DNA of 33,503 bases from Candidatus Thorarchaeota archaeon (GCA_019057475.1 DXJO01000002.1:1-33503); one strand, 5' to 3'; positions 17,785 through 27,873 are shown, numbered from the stretch's first letter. Notes: a model not told the origin generated them from the letters alone. Numbers and translations: made by a program.

Positions 17785-18975
17785 ATGATGCGAGACCCAA
17801 TAGGCTGGATGAGAACCGAATACAACAAGCTAGTCGAGCAGAACTTCGACTGGAAGATCAGGGAACTTCAGGGCCCAAGCACTCCCAAGGCAAAGGTGGA
17901 CGGTCAAGAGGTCATCATGCTTTGCAGCAATAACTACCTCAATTTGAGCAACCATCCCAAGATGAAGGAAGCCGCGCTGAAGGCAATTGAAACTCATGGT
18001 GTCGGTTCTGGCTCCGTGAGAGCGATTGCGGGTACGATGGACCTTCACTTGGAACTCGAGCGCAGGCTCGCCAATTTCAAGGGTGCTGAAGCCTCACTGA
18101 CATACAGCGCAGGGTTTGCCACCAATGAAGGACTGATACCACAGCTTGTTGGCAAGAATGATGCAATCATCTCGGATGAGTTGAATCACGGCAGCATAAT
18201 TGATGGTGTCAGACTCACGAAGGCAAAGCGCTTCGTCTACAAGCACTGCGATACTGACGACTTGGCGCGCGTTCTGAATGAAGCAGAAAAGGAGAAACCG
18301 GACAAGATTCTGGTAATCACAGATGGTGTTTTCAGCATGGACGGCGACATAGCTCCGCTGGACAAGGTTGTCGAAGTCAGCAAGGAACATGGCGCAATGA
18401 TCTACGTCGACGATGCACACGGCGAAGCAGTCTTGGGCAAAGGCGGAAGAGGTATTGTATCACACTTCAACCTCACTCATCATGACGTGCACTTCGAGAT
18501 GGGTACTTTCTCCAAGGCATTCGGCGTCATGGGAGGTCATGTTGCAGGGAGCCGGGATATGGTGAACTACGCCCTGAACAAGAGCAGGTCATGGCTCCTC
18601 AGTGCGTCACATCCGCCTGCAACAGCGGCGGCATGCATCGCAGCAATCGATGTACTAGAAACCGAGGAAGAGCACGTAGAGACTCTATGGAAGAACAGAG
18701 AGTACTTTGTTAAGGGGCTCCAACAAATGGGCTTTGACACAGGCTTCAGCCAGACACCGATCGTTCCAGCCATGACTGGCGAGAGCTCAAAAGCCGCAGC
18801 TCTAAGCGATGGCCTCTACAAGGAAGGCATTCTTGCACTCCCAATTGTGTTCCCGATGGTCGCGCGCGATAAAGCTCGAATAAGGAACATGATGAACTCC
18901 GGTCTCAGCATGGAACAGCTTGACATCTCACTCGCAGCCTACGAGAAGATCGGCAAGAAACTGAGCATCATCTAG
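17785..18975 (+). CDS. PLP-dependent alpha-oxoamine synthase (glycine C-acetyltransferase / 8-amino-7-oxononanoate synthase family)
   Basis: SNNYL, SDELNHGSIIDG, DGVFSMDGD, VDDAHG and GTFSKAFG (PLP Lys). Start at ATG 17785 or 17788, after AGGTGA. Confidence 0.92.
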   Translation: MMRDPIGWMRTEYNKLVEQNFDWKIRELQGPSTPKAKVDGQEVIMLCSNNYLNLSNHPKMKEAALKAIETHGVGSGSVRAIAGTMDLHLELERRLANFKGAEASLTYSAGFATNEGLIPQLVGKNDAIISDELNHGSIIDGVRLTKAKRFVYKHCDTDDLARVLNEAEKEKPDKILVITDGVFSMDGDIAPLDKVVEVSKEHGAMIYVDDAHGEAVLGKGGRGIVSHFNLTHHDVHFEMGTFSKAFGVMGGHVAGSRDMVNYALNKSRSWLLSASHPPATAAACIAAIDVLETEEEHVETLWKNREYFVKGLQQMGFDTGFSQTPIVPAMTGESSKAAALSDGLYKEGILALPIVFPMVARDKARIRNMMNSGLSMEQLDISLAAYEKIGKKLSII

Positions 18976-19002
18976 AAGCATATTCCAATCCATTCAAAGA
19001 AT

Positions 19003-19058
19003 CAAGCCGGGAGATCCTGCCATAAGGTGGGAAACTCCCGGGCTTGCTTTTCATTTTT
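19003..19058 (+). terminator. long hairpin + U-rich tract downstream of the oxoamine synthase gene
   Basis: CAAGCCGGGAG pairs with CTCCCGGGCTTG (one bulge), with an inner stem TCCTGCC/GGTGGGA, followed by CTTTTCATTTTT. Confidence 0.6.
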
Positions 19059-19147
19059 CCATCTTCATTCCAAGTAGACACAACTCAAGACTGCTTAGCA
19101 AACCTCAAATGGACGGCCAAGTCACGAAGTGATGGAGTCTGAGTATA

Positions 19148-19675
19148 ATGACCAACTATCTGCACGACATTCCATCGGGGCCAGACCCACCCCGCGAAAT
19201 CTACGTGATAGTCGAAATGACGCGGGCAAGCAAGAACAAGTACGAGTATGATTCAGACCACAACCTCTTCAAGCTTGACCGGGTTTTGTACACGTACGCT
19301 CCATTCGATTATGGCTTCATACCACAGACGCTAGACCATGACCTAGACCCACTCGATGTTGTCTTACTGATCAATGAGCCAACCTTCACATCATGCGTGG
19401 TTCACGCGCGACCTATTGGTGTAATGAAGATGAACGATGCAGGAAAAACGGATGATAAGATTATAGCAGTTCCAATCAACGAACCCTATTACAGAGAAGT
19501 CAAAAGCATCAGAAACCTCTCAAGAAGCCTCATTGATGAGGTAAAGCACTTCTATGCAACCTACAAAATTCAGGAGAAAGGAATTGTAGAGGTCAAGGAG
19601 TTCAGAGAGCTGGAAGATGCGTACCAAACGATAGACAGATGCATCAAGGACTACAAAAAAGGAAGCATCTCTTGA
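19148..19675 (+). CDS. ppa: family I soluble inorganic pyrophosphatase
   Basis: KYEYD, LDRVL, DYGFIPQT, DLDPLDV, D..KTDDKIIAVP and F..YK. Confidence 0.95.
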   Translation: MTNYLHDIPSGPDPPREIYVIVEMTRASKNKYEYDSDHNLFKLDRVLYTYAPFDYGFIPQTLDHDLDPLDVVLLINEPTFTSCVVHARPIGVMKMNDAGKTDDKIIAVPINEPYYREVKSIRNLSRSLIDEVKHFYATYKIQEKGIVEVKEFRELEDAYQTIDRCIKDYKKGSIS

Positions 19676-19826
19676 GTCCAATTGCACTCGAATACTACAA
19701 GAGTCCGAATTGGCTACATGCTGAATAAGATAACCTGTGGTACGGTCTTCTCCGACCTCGATGGCATCTTACTGACAGTATGCCATGCACGGATGGAAAG
19801 AGAGGAAACCCCGAATTTGCTTTCTG

Positions 19827-20114
19827 CTATTTCAGCTTCTCATAGGCAGCGGCTGCTTCTTTCAACTCTGTAATCGGAGTGAATCGAAACTCCACCTCAG
19901 GAGTGTAGTAGGCAACCATGCCCGATATTTGATCAGCGCTATCAGCTTCGTACAACTGGAAGCCTGCAGTGCCGTCAAACATTACGTATGCCTTCGATAG
20001 CGACTTCGGGAAGAGCTCCGGTTTCTTTTTCCGAACCTCTCCGAGCTTCTTCCACTTGGCCTGGACCTTATCCAGGTCCTTTGGATCGTATTCCCAGATT
20101 GCTATGTACTTCAT
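19827..20114 (-). CDS. small DUF3303-like protein
   Basis: MKYIAIWE...G..GFQLYEADS...FRFTPI pattern; ATG start with a GA-rich upstream region. Confidence 0.75.
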   Translation of the reverse strand: MKYIAIWEYDPKDLDKVQAKWKKLGEVRKKKPELFPKSLSKAYVMFDGTAGFQLYEADSADQISGMVAYYTPEVEFRFTPITELKEAAAAYEKLK

Positions 20115-20250
20115 CTCTCTGCCTCATTCGATTTGTCATTAAGTATGCCATGTTGCATAAGAGTTCTCCGCCCATTTTGCTAAACGAGTGAATCACTACT
20201 TCCCCTGCGTGAGCAAAGGGTTATGTTGCCAGGGGTTAGTAGAATAGTAC

Positions 20251-20487
20251 ATGTCAGAAGTCCAGGAGAATGTCACGCTCAGAAGCGTACTGGTTGACGC
20301 GGCGAAGTCCGGTGTGCAGCTCAGGTTCTACGGCGCCAACATGACAATTCTTGCTGAAGGAATTGTCGCGTTTGTTGGCAACGGTGTGGTTGCACTCAAA
20401 CACCGTAAGAAGGAAGAGCCCGACGAGTTTGTCGTGACAGCGTGCATTGTCAAGATTCAGTTCCTCGGCGACTACCGTCACTACTGA
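20251..20487 (+). CDS. small hypothetical protein, possibly Sm-like fold
   Basis: 78-aa ATG ORF with an N-terminal helix followed by about five beta strands (EGIVAFVGNGVVAL; FVVTACIVKI). Confidence 0.65.
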   Translation: MSEVQENVTLRSVLVDAAKSGVQLRFYGANMTILAEGIVAFVGNGVVALKHRKKEEPDEFVVTACIVKIQFLGDYRHY

Positions 20488-20549
20488 AACCAGCGAGCGT
20501 CCCCACTGTGATTGGAGGCCGGTCCTCGAGTACTAAAGGACATGAGCCT

Positions 20550-21713
20550 TTAGTTAAGCGGGTAGATTCCAAATATCAGCAGTACGTAGAGCATCATGAC
20601 GAAGACAGCAATCATTGCGATGGACTCTAAAGCGTTCACCTTGGAGTCGTCCGCGATAAAGCGATGCATGATAAACATGGTCGGGAACGCAAAGAACAAC
20701 AGCACAACCGAGAACAGATCAATTGGAATCACATCAACGTGGCCGAGAATCAGACCACCAATTATGCCTGCAGCTAGGCACGTGTAAGCAAAGACTACAA
20801 AGAAGACTTGCACTATGCCGCCGAACGCGTTAGACAGCGCTATTTCTATCTCGTCCTTCATGTGACTGGAGGCCACTATGATGTACTCAGGAGTACCTGC
20901 GAATATAACTAGGAGAAGAGCCGCATAAAGGAAGTTCAGGTTTAGTGTATGCTCTGCGAAATGCGCGAAATTCGCAAGTGCCTCACCACCAACCAGCGCG
21001 CCAAATGAAGCTAGAACCAGGAATATGGCTAGTGTTCTTTTGGGCATAGGTTCGTGATGTACCTTGCCGGCCATTATGTGGTCATCTGATGTTGGGTCGG
21101 CTTTTCCATAGTATTTCGTGATGCGATATAGATAAGCGATGAACACAGCAAGGAGAACCGATCCAAACATTATGAGTTCGCCATAATTAAGAAATCGAGG
21201 CAGCGCAGGATTCTCCAAGGAGAACACGAAGACTATCAACATCGAGAGACCAACTGAGAGGCTAATGACTGATCCCATGGAGAGTAAGTCACTACCAACC
21301 CACATAATCGCGTCAGGCAATTTGAAGTTCCCGTGCTTGTCTTTTGGAAGCATGAGTGTGTAAATCGCAAATACAATGGAGTTCATAAAGATGGTAGCAA
21401 GAGCTAGCACCCAGGCAAGCTCGTACTGCTCGGCAAGAATGAGGAATGTTATCACTGAGAGCTCAGGTATCGTGCTCGCGATGCTGGCATAGATACCAGC
21501 CACATAATCTGTTAGATGATATCTGTGCGCGATACCTTCCACCGAGAGAACGAATGCCTCACACGATCCTGCAATAAGTAAGACACCGCCCAATAGCTCT
21601 ACCCAAGGTGTGATACCTTCAAGCCCCTGGACGCCAAGTACGTCCATTGCCATGAATGAGAGAACTAGTGCCATTCCAATCAGATAGGCTATCTGCCAGA
21701 GCTTAAGCTTCAT
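20550..21713 (-). CDS. Ca2+/cation antiporter (CaCA, Na_Ca_ex) family protein
   Basis: Two alpha-repeats (ASTIPEL, AGTPEY...SNAFGG) and about 11 TM segments. Confidence 0.85.
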   Translation of the reverse strand: MKLKLWQIAYLIGMALVLSFMAMDVLGVQGLEGITPWVELLGGVLLIAGSCEAFVLSVEGIAHRYHLTDYVAGIYASIASTIPELSVITFLILAEQYELAWVLALATIFMNSIVFAIYTLMLPKDKHGNFKLPDAIMWVGSDLLSMGSVISLSVGLSMLIVFVFSLENPALPRFLNYGELIMFGSVLLAVFIAYLYRITKYYGKADPTSDDHIMAGKVHHEPMPKRTLAIFLVLASFGALVGGEALANFAHFAEHTLNLNFLYAALLLVIFAGTPEYIIVASSHMKDEIEIALSNAFGGIVQVFFVVFAYTCLAAGIIGGLILGHVDVIPIDLFSVVLLFFAFPTMFIMHRFIADDSKVNALESIAMIAVFVMMLYVLLIFGIYPLN

Positions 21714-21873
21714 GTTTCATCCTCCAGAGGCACGAGGGGAAGGAACGGCCAAATAAATCTCGCTCTCATCAATCCTATAAAAGAAAGATTGTTGTGAATG
21801 TGTGCAAACCGAAACTAACTAAAAGCCAACTCTGCGTAAACGGGATGCTTTCTGAATAGGGTAGGAATCAAGC

Positions 21874-22527
21874 ATGACCAAGAAGCTTCGGTGTAATGCC
21901 ATCATCTTCGACTTCGACGGCACACTAGCAGACAGCATGCCATTCTTAGCGAATATAGGTATTCAGATTATGAAGAAGTACTATGATGTTGATTACGACG
22001 AGGCATCAGATCGATACAAATCCACAACGGGCTTGCCCTATGAGCATCAAATTAACCTCAACTTCCCGGGCTATGAACATAACGAACAAGCAATCGAAGA
22101 GTTCGAAAAGCTGAAGATTGAGAGAATCTTCGAGCAACAACTGTTTCCGGATGTTGTGGAAACCCTCACTCAATTGAATCAAATGGACATCAGTATCTTC
22201 GTTTCATCCTCTACTTACCAGCCAATCATTGCTGAGTATTTCGCCAAGAGGGAACTCTCAACGTGTTTTGTGGAAGTTGTTGGGTACAGGCCTGGCTTTG
22301 AGAAGGGCAAGCACCACTTCGAACACATCAGGGCAGAACACGGCATCCGGCTTGGCGACACCCTGTTTGTGGGAGACTCGCTAAAAGACTACGAGCGGTC
22401 CAAGGATTATTGCAAATTCGTTGGTCTTGAAGGCATGTTCAAAGAGAAGGACTTCCGGCGCGTGGGACATAAGGGACCAGTCATTCAGCAAGTGTCAGAA
22501 TTGTTGGCCATGATCGAACCCCTGTAA
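21874..22527 (+). CDS. HAD-superfamily hydrolase (subfamily IA)
   Basis: FDFDGTL, VSS, K and FVGDS..D motifs. Confidence 0.92.
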   Translation: MTKKLRCNAIIFDFDGTLADSMPFLANIGIQIMKKYYDVDYDEASDRYKSTTGLPYEHQINLNFPGYEHNEQAIEEFEKLKIERIFEQQLFPDVVETLTQLNQMDISIFVSSSTYQPIIAEYFAKRELSTCFVEVVGYRPGFEKGKHHFEHIRAEHGIRLGDTLFVGDSLKDYERSKDYCKFVGLEGMFKEKDFRRVGHKGPVIQQVSELLAMIEPL

Positions 22528-22543
22528 TTTCGTTTCAGCGCTG

Positions 22544-23503
22544 TTAGCTGGTTGTGCCAGCGATGGATGGGCGGCCAAGCGCCTGATACATTCGTTCAAT
22601 TGTTTCTCGGATGTGATCAACCATATGCACGGGGACCGTCACAAGATTTCTCTCTGGCAAGTCCTCCAGGACCTCAGCAATCTTCTCCAGCGAGTTCTTC
22701 TTCATCTGAAGGCAAATCGCACCATCATATGCCGGGAGGATATTCTTGTCAGGATGTTTGTCCTGCAGTTGTTCAACCAACCCAACTTCTGTTGCTATAA
22801 TGAAGGTCTTGGCGGGTGACTCCTCAACGGCCTTCACCATCCTGCCAGTAGAAACCACAAAGTCAGCCACATCTTGGACCTCAGGGTGACATTCAGGGTG
22901 TGCAAGAACAACCGCATCAGGATACTCCTCCTTCAACAAAGCAATCTGGGCGACATCGAACATTCTGTGAACATAACAATGACCTTGGGGTTCAATGTCC
23001 ACAATCTCTATACGTGTCTGTCTTCTCACGTACTCAGCTAGATTCTTGTCTGGACCGAATAGAACCTTGTCGACTCCCAAGCTTTCCACGATCTCTACTG
23101 CAGTACTCGATGTGCATACGATGTCGCAAGATGACTTCGTTTCCGCAGTTGTGTTGACGTAAACAACCACGGGAGTGCCAGGATGTTCCTGCTTCTTCGC
23201 CTGCACCTTACTAGGAGAAACAAAGGAAGCGAGCGGGCACAAAGCTTCAGGTGCAGGAATATACACTGGAATATCTGGGGAGAGAACAGCAGCCATTTCA
23301 GCCATAAATTTGACTCCACAGAAGACCACAAGATCGTATCCTTTCGCTTCAGCAGATTTTACTGCCAGCTGCAAGGAGTCCCCAACGAAGTCGGCGACCT
23401 TCTGAATCTCAAGAAGCTGGTAGTTATGAGCTATAATCAAAGCATTTCGTTCTTTCTTCAGCTCTAGAATCCGTTTCTGCAGATCGACTAGTTCGCCTTC
23501 CAA
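22544..23503 (-). CDS. nadA: quinolinate synthase
   Basis: AHNYQ, GDSL, CGVKFMAE, three cluster Cys (CPLA, CYVH, CLQMK), YVNT and HPEC. Likely TTG start at 23503, after AGGTGGTG. Confidence 0.95.
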   Translation of the reverse strand: MEGELVDLQKRILELKKERNALIIAHNYQLLEIQKVADFVGDSLQLAVKSAEAKGYDLVVFCGVKFMAEMAAVLSPDIPVYIPAPEALCPLASFVSPSKVQAKKQEHPGTPVVVYVNTTAETKSSCDIVCTSSTAVEIVESLGVDKVLFGPDKNLAEYVRRQTRIEIVDIEPQGHCYVHRMFDVAQIALLKEEYPDAVVLAHPECHPEVQDVADFVVSTGRMVKAVEESPAKTFIIATEVGLVEQLQDKHPDKNILPAYDGAICLQMKKNSLEKIAEVLEDLPERNLVTVPVHMVDHIRETIERMYQALGRPSIAGTTS

Positions 23504-23674
23504 GAATGAACACCACCTTTGCGAAGTCATTTGCCGGATTTTAACCCAATCTCAACCGGCAAAATGGAGCCATTGCTTCTGAATGTCAGGTTGATTTAAG
23601 TGCAACAACCTTCTCGCACTGAGAATTAAGAGATATAATAGTGCACTGCTCAGGCAGAACTGCGCGTAGCTAAA

Positions 23675-25825
23675 GTGATATTCATGGGTATCGACAAACA
23701 GAAGATTCCGAAGACGGATGTTCCAATCATAAGGAGCCAGTTCAAACAGGCAGCTGCGGACGCGGAAACTGCTCTTAAGGGCAAGTCGATACGCAAAGGA
23801 GAAGGCCCATTCGGTGAGCCGAGAGAGTTATTGGCATTCGCCATTCTCGAAGCGTCGGGTGAGCTAAGCCAGACCACTTCAACTGCTCAGTCTATCGCAG
23901 ACAGAATGATGGAAGTGTTCAGGGATGCTTCGCCCGAAATCTCAGTCGCAGATTATTTGGAAAGCGCCACTCTGTGTTTATACGGCTTCATCCTGGAAAC
24001 TTACAATGAAGAAGATTTCAGATACTTCTACAGATACTCCCTATCTAAGATTCGAAACCATGCCTCTATCGAGAGCTGGTTGAGAAAAGCCATTGTGTTC
24101 TATGGCCTCTGCAAGAATTTGAGGGGCCGCGCCCTTCTCGATGAATTCAGGCATTGGATACGGTACCTAGGCGCGTCGGCATGCAATCACAATCTGCTGG
24201 TTGAAGTATGTGCTGCTTTCGGAGAAGACATTCGGAGCGTGGTTGCTGAACCAGATTTTCGATTTGTCGATTCTCTACAAAGGCATCCTCAGTACTTGGA
24301 GGAGGCAATGGAGGGAAGATCATACCTGGATGTGCGAAATGCAACGAAGAACTGGCTTCAAGACGTGATGTCAGAAAAGTTGCTACGATTATACCAGAAG
24401 CGGATGTACAAGCTTGCTCAGGACAATATCAAGCAGGACGCAGACGTTGCAGAAGCCTACGATGCTGTAAGGTCCACGTTCAAGAAGGCGGGATTCAGAA
24501 GCGATAGAAAGGGTGTGTTTCCAGTCCAACTGCAGAAACTAAGCACCCCACCTCCAGCGGAAGCGGTGGACCCGGTTGTCTTTGAGATGATACCACAGAA
24601 GCTCCGTGTGAACCTTCTGCCATCAGTCGCATACTCGACTAAGACCAAGACTGTGGAGATAATCTTCCTCGGAGGGCCTCGTATTGGTCGAAGTGGCATT
24701 TTGCTGAAGACAGATACTGGAGGTGTTTTGCTGGACTACGGATTATCTGTAGCAAACCAGCGCATACCTGAATGGGTGCCGGAACTGGAGATGATTGACA
24801 CTGTCTTGATCAGTCATGCCCATCTGGACCATGTCGGAGGGCTGCCAGTTCTCTATGACAATTACGATGGCAAGTGGTGTTCCACCGATGTGACCGGGGC
24901 GATTGCTATGTCGCTTCTTGAAGATGCACTCAAGGTGGGTACCCCGCTACCTCCAAGAAGAAGGGACCGATGGGATAGCATCTCCAAGTTCCGACAAAGA
25001 AACATAGACAAGATAACTAAGAATCACGTACGCCTAGAAGTTGGAAAAAGCAGCGAAGTAGGACCCGGAATTGTTGCCACGCCCATAGATGCAAGCCACA
25101 TACCTGGAAGTGTGAGTTTCCTCATTGATATCGAGGGTGTCAAGATCCTGTATACTGGTGACTTCAACACAGATCAGTCGATCCTCTTTCCCGGAGCGAA
25201 TCTTCCGACTGATAATGACGTCACTATCTTCGACGGTACGTATTGGGGCAGGCAGGATTTCAACAGAGCAGAAGTGACAGCACATGTTGCCGAGATAATC
25301 GATAGCCATGGCCCTGTTATTATTCCAAGCTTCGCAGTGGGGCGTTCCCAAGAAATGCTCATGATCTTGGAATCAATAGGAGTGACTAAGCGCAAGAATG
25401 TAATTGTGGCAGGGCTCGCTGAGAAAATAACTAAGCTTGTGGGCGTCAAGGGTAATTGGCAAGGAATGAAGAAAAACAAAGTAGCGCTGGAGAAAGATGA
25501 CATCCTCGTAGCAGGCGGCGGAATGATGAGCGGAGGACTGGCCAGATATCATTTCAAGGAACATAGCAAGAATCCTGAAGCTGCGATTATCCTCTGCGGC
25601 TACCTAGCACCTAGAACTCCTGGGTGGAACCTTCTAAATGGTTTCGAACCGCACAAGTGCGACGTTGAGTATGCACGTATAAGTGCGCACTCTTCTGCAT
25701 CTCATCTGCAGCAGTGGGTTAAATCCTGTGGCGGCAAGAAGATTATGGTGCACACGCCGTCGAAGAAAGTTCCGAGAGGCATTATGATGCCCGATTACAA
25801 GCAAAAGATAATACTCTCAACGTAG
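23675..25825 (+). CDS. beta-CASP metallo-beta-lactamase nuclease with large uncharacterised N-terminal domain
   Basis: The C-terminal half has LLDYG, SHAHLDH, HIPGS, YTGD, DGTY, PSFAVGRSQE, SAHS and VH. The N-terminal ~320 aa look helical and are unassigned. The start may be the ATG at 23684. Confidence 0.88.
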   Translation: MIFMGIDKQKIPKTDVPIIRSQFKQAAADAETALKGKSIRKGEGPFGEPRELLAFAILEASGELSQTTSTAQSIADRMMEVFRDASPEISVADYLESATLCLYGFILETYNEEDFRYFYRYSLSKIRNHASIESWLRKAIVFYGLCKNLRGRALLDEFRHWIRYLGASACNHNLLVEVCAAFGEDIRSVVAEPDFRFVDSLQRHPQYLEEAMEGRSYLDVRNATKNWLQDVMSEKLLRLYQKRMYKLAQDNIKQDADVAEAYDAVRSTFKKAGFRSDRKGVFPVQLQKLSTPPPAEAVDPVVFEMIPQKLRVNLLPSVAYSTKTKTVEIIFLGGPRIGRSGILLKTDTGGVLLDYGLSVANQRIPEWVPELEMIDTVLISHAHLDHVGGLPVLYDNYDGKWCSTDVTGAIAMSLLEDALKVGTPLPPRRRDRWDSISKFRQRNIDKITKNHVRLEVGKSSEVGPGIVATPIDASHIPGSVSFLIDIEGVKILYTGDFNTDQSILFPGANLPTDNDVTIFDGTYWGRQDFNRAEVTAHVAEIIDSHGPVIIPSFAVGRSQEMLMILESIGVTKRKNVIVAGLAEKITKLVGVKGNWQGMKKNKVALEKDDILVAGGGMMSGGLARYHFKEHSKNPEAAIILCGYLAPRTPGWNLLNGFEPHKCDVEYARISAHSSASHLQQWVKSCGGKKIMVHTPSKKVPRGIMMPDYKQKIILST

Positions 25826-25847
25826 ATATGGAAACCATTTCAGGCGC

Positions 25848-27773
25848 TCACGCAACGACCTCAAGGACTGCATCCAACACTAGTTTCTGTGCGACAAACT
25901 TCATTGCAGGAAGACTAACCCTCAACGATCGGACAATATCCTCAAGAGGTTTAGTACCATCACAAAGATCTACGAACTTAACGACGACCTCGCCATATGC
26001 CTTCCGAGTTTCCGCGCCTACATCTCCTATCTTCCTCAAATGGCTATCGTCCTCAATCGCAACCTTAAAATCAATCCAGCCATACTGCTCAAGAATCTGA
26101 AGACATCCGAGAACTTGATCTCGCGGGAGGTCTAGACTGCGGACCAGTCCACCTACAGTATCGCTTCCTTCTATGGCCGACTTGACAGCTACGACAGCGG
26201 CCCCAACATCGCGATTCTCGAAAGGCAGTGCTTTACCGGTTTCTCGCGACTTGACGATGTAGTCCAGACTGACAGGTTTCAATGGAACCTTTGAAAGAAC
26301 GGTGAATACAGAAGGTTCGAAGATAATCGTATTTCCATCCCAATTTGTCCATACATCTGAGTACATCATTTCAACGTCAGCCAGCAATGAAGCCATAGTC
26401 TTCCTGTACTCATCCTCGTGACTGCTATTGGTGATTACTAGTGCCAGCACGAAATGATTTGATTTCTCGACCATGACTATATTGTCCTCGTGTTCAATGT
26501 TCTCAAGGGCATCAGTCTTGCTGTCGGCGCCCCCAGAGTCTCCGTCGATTCCGCTGAAAGAATCCAGCGCAGAGATTAAGGAAGTAACCGCATTAACATC
26601 AATGAGCTCGGTAGAGTAGTCCAGATGATAGGAGGACTCAAACATGCCCTCCCTTTGCACAATAAGGAGCAAGTGAAGAATGCGAGCGGGGTCAGAAACC
26701 ACGGAAACCGCCTCTGCATCGACCTCTGTGTCTATTGATGATGTGGTTTCAGTTTCGACCACTGTTGTTGTGACTGTGGTAGAGGTGGCTGCGCCCTCTT
26801 GAACCGCCTCATAGGGAACCGTTTCATAGCCACCCTCCGTGGCATCAATCCTAGTCTGAGCGGCTTCAACTTCTTCAGTCCGCCGCCGCACAGTGATCAT
26901 CTCGCTCACCGGCAAGTCAGGTAACTGAACGCCCACCGTTTTTGCGGACACTTCAAGCATAAGGCGAATGAATTCCTCGCGCCGGGCCTTGTCAGTGGCG
27001 ACCATTTGGAAAGTCGGTGCGCCAAGTAGTCGTTTGATCTTATCACTCTGCATTGATTCAGGAAGGTCCTGTTTATTCGCGATGATAAATAACGGAACCG
27101 CAGGTGCCTCTTTCTTGATATTTCGAAGAAGCGTCTTGGTCTGCATCACGTTCCTGAAACTAGAGTCTGTGATGAGGAAGATGACATCGGTGCCCTGGAA
27201 ATAAAACGCCCATAGGTCCTGAAAAACGGCCTGACCTGCGAAATCCCACACAGTCACGAGAAAAGTTCCGAACTGTATGGTTTCAGACGAGTCCACAGCG
27301 ACGTTGATTGTGGGTGTATAGCCCCCTGGTGCGGGTTCCCGCCCAAATAGAAGTCTCAGCAGCGTGCTCTTGCCGACACCACCGGAACCCACGAATGAAA
27401 TCTTGAAGCGTGTGAAGATGAGCTCGCCAAGAATATCCTGCAAATTGTCCTTGACATACCCGATGCTCTGACCGCGAAGGGCCGTTTCCATTCGCGATGC
27501 ACCCTCTCGTGCCTTTTCCTTGATTCTTCGTTCCTCATCTTTGCCGTCCGTGACAAGCATGAGAATGAGGTCCTCACCGACCATGTGGTGGAAGACCTTG
27601 TGGTCACCAGCAAAGATAGGTGTGTCTTCTGAAAGACCCTCAGTAACCAGCAGGTCATTGAATCCGTGAATGAACTCAACGATTTCGCTCTCACCGAAGT
27701 CTATTTTCCAGAAACGTGTTGAGGTCACAATGGCGCCTGTGTCTTTTTCAATCAAAAGGACATTGTGAATCAT
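25848..27773 (-). CDS. multidomain small GTPase: longin - Arf-like GTPase - linker - longin - two winged helices
   Basis: G1 GSGGVGKS, G2 PT, G3 WDFAGQ, G4 NKQD. N-terminal MIHNVLLIEKDTG...LILMLVTD is longin-like, with a second longin-like block from ILHLLLIVQREG. C-terminal (E/D)G...wHTH repeats. Confidence 0.9.
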   Translation of the reverse strand: MIHNVLLIEKDTGAIVTSTRFWKIDFGESEIVEFIHGFNDLLVTEGLSEDTPIFAGDHKVFHHMVGEDLILMLVTDGKDEERRIKEKAREGASRMETALRGQSIGYVKDNLQDILGELIFTRFKISFVGSGGVGKSTLLRLLFGREPAPGGYTPTINVAVDSSETIQFGTFLVTVWDFAGQAVFQDLWAFYFQGTDVIFLITDSSFRNVMQTKTLLRNIKKEAPAVPLFIIANKQDLPESMQSDKIKRLLGAPTFQMVATDKARREEFIRLMLEVSAKTVGVQLPDLPVSEMITVRRRTEEVEAAQTRIDATEGGYETVPYEAVQEGAATSTTVTTTVVETETTSSIDTEVDAEAVSVVSDPARILHLLLIVQREGMFESSYHLDYSTELIDVNAVTSLISALDSFSGIDGDSGGADSKTDALENIEHEDNIVMVEKSNHFVLALVITNSSHEDEYRKTMASLLADVEMMYSDVWTNWDGNTIIFEPSVFTVLSKVPLKPVSLDYIVKSRETGKALPFENRDVGAAVVAVKSAIEGSDTVGGLVRSLDLPRDQVLGCLQILEQYGWIDFKVAIEDDSHLRKIGDVGAETRKAYGEVVVKFVDLCDGTKPLEDIVRSLRVSLPAMKFVAQKLVLDAVLEVVA

Positions 27774-27873
27774 TTATCATCGGCCTCATTCATTCAGCAC
27801 GGGTCTACAGCATTTGTTGGTCTTTAGATGCTTCGCTTACAAGGGTCCTAGGAATACCAACAGCAAATGAAGA

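Noticed and set aside
19003-19046. SECIS element
   Set aside because: No in-frame UGA is evident in neighbouring genes, and neither the AUGA/GA core nor a correctly placed GAA/A motif is present.
26700-26800. Low-complexity Thr/Val/Ser tract as a repeat or insertion element
   Set aside because: It is an in-frame linker within the GTPase fusion, with no DNA-level repeat unit.
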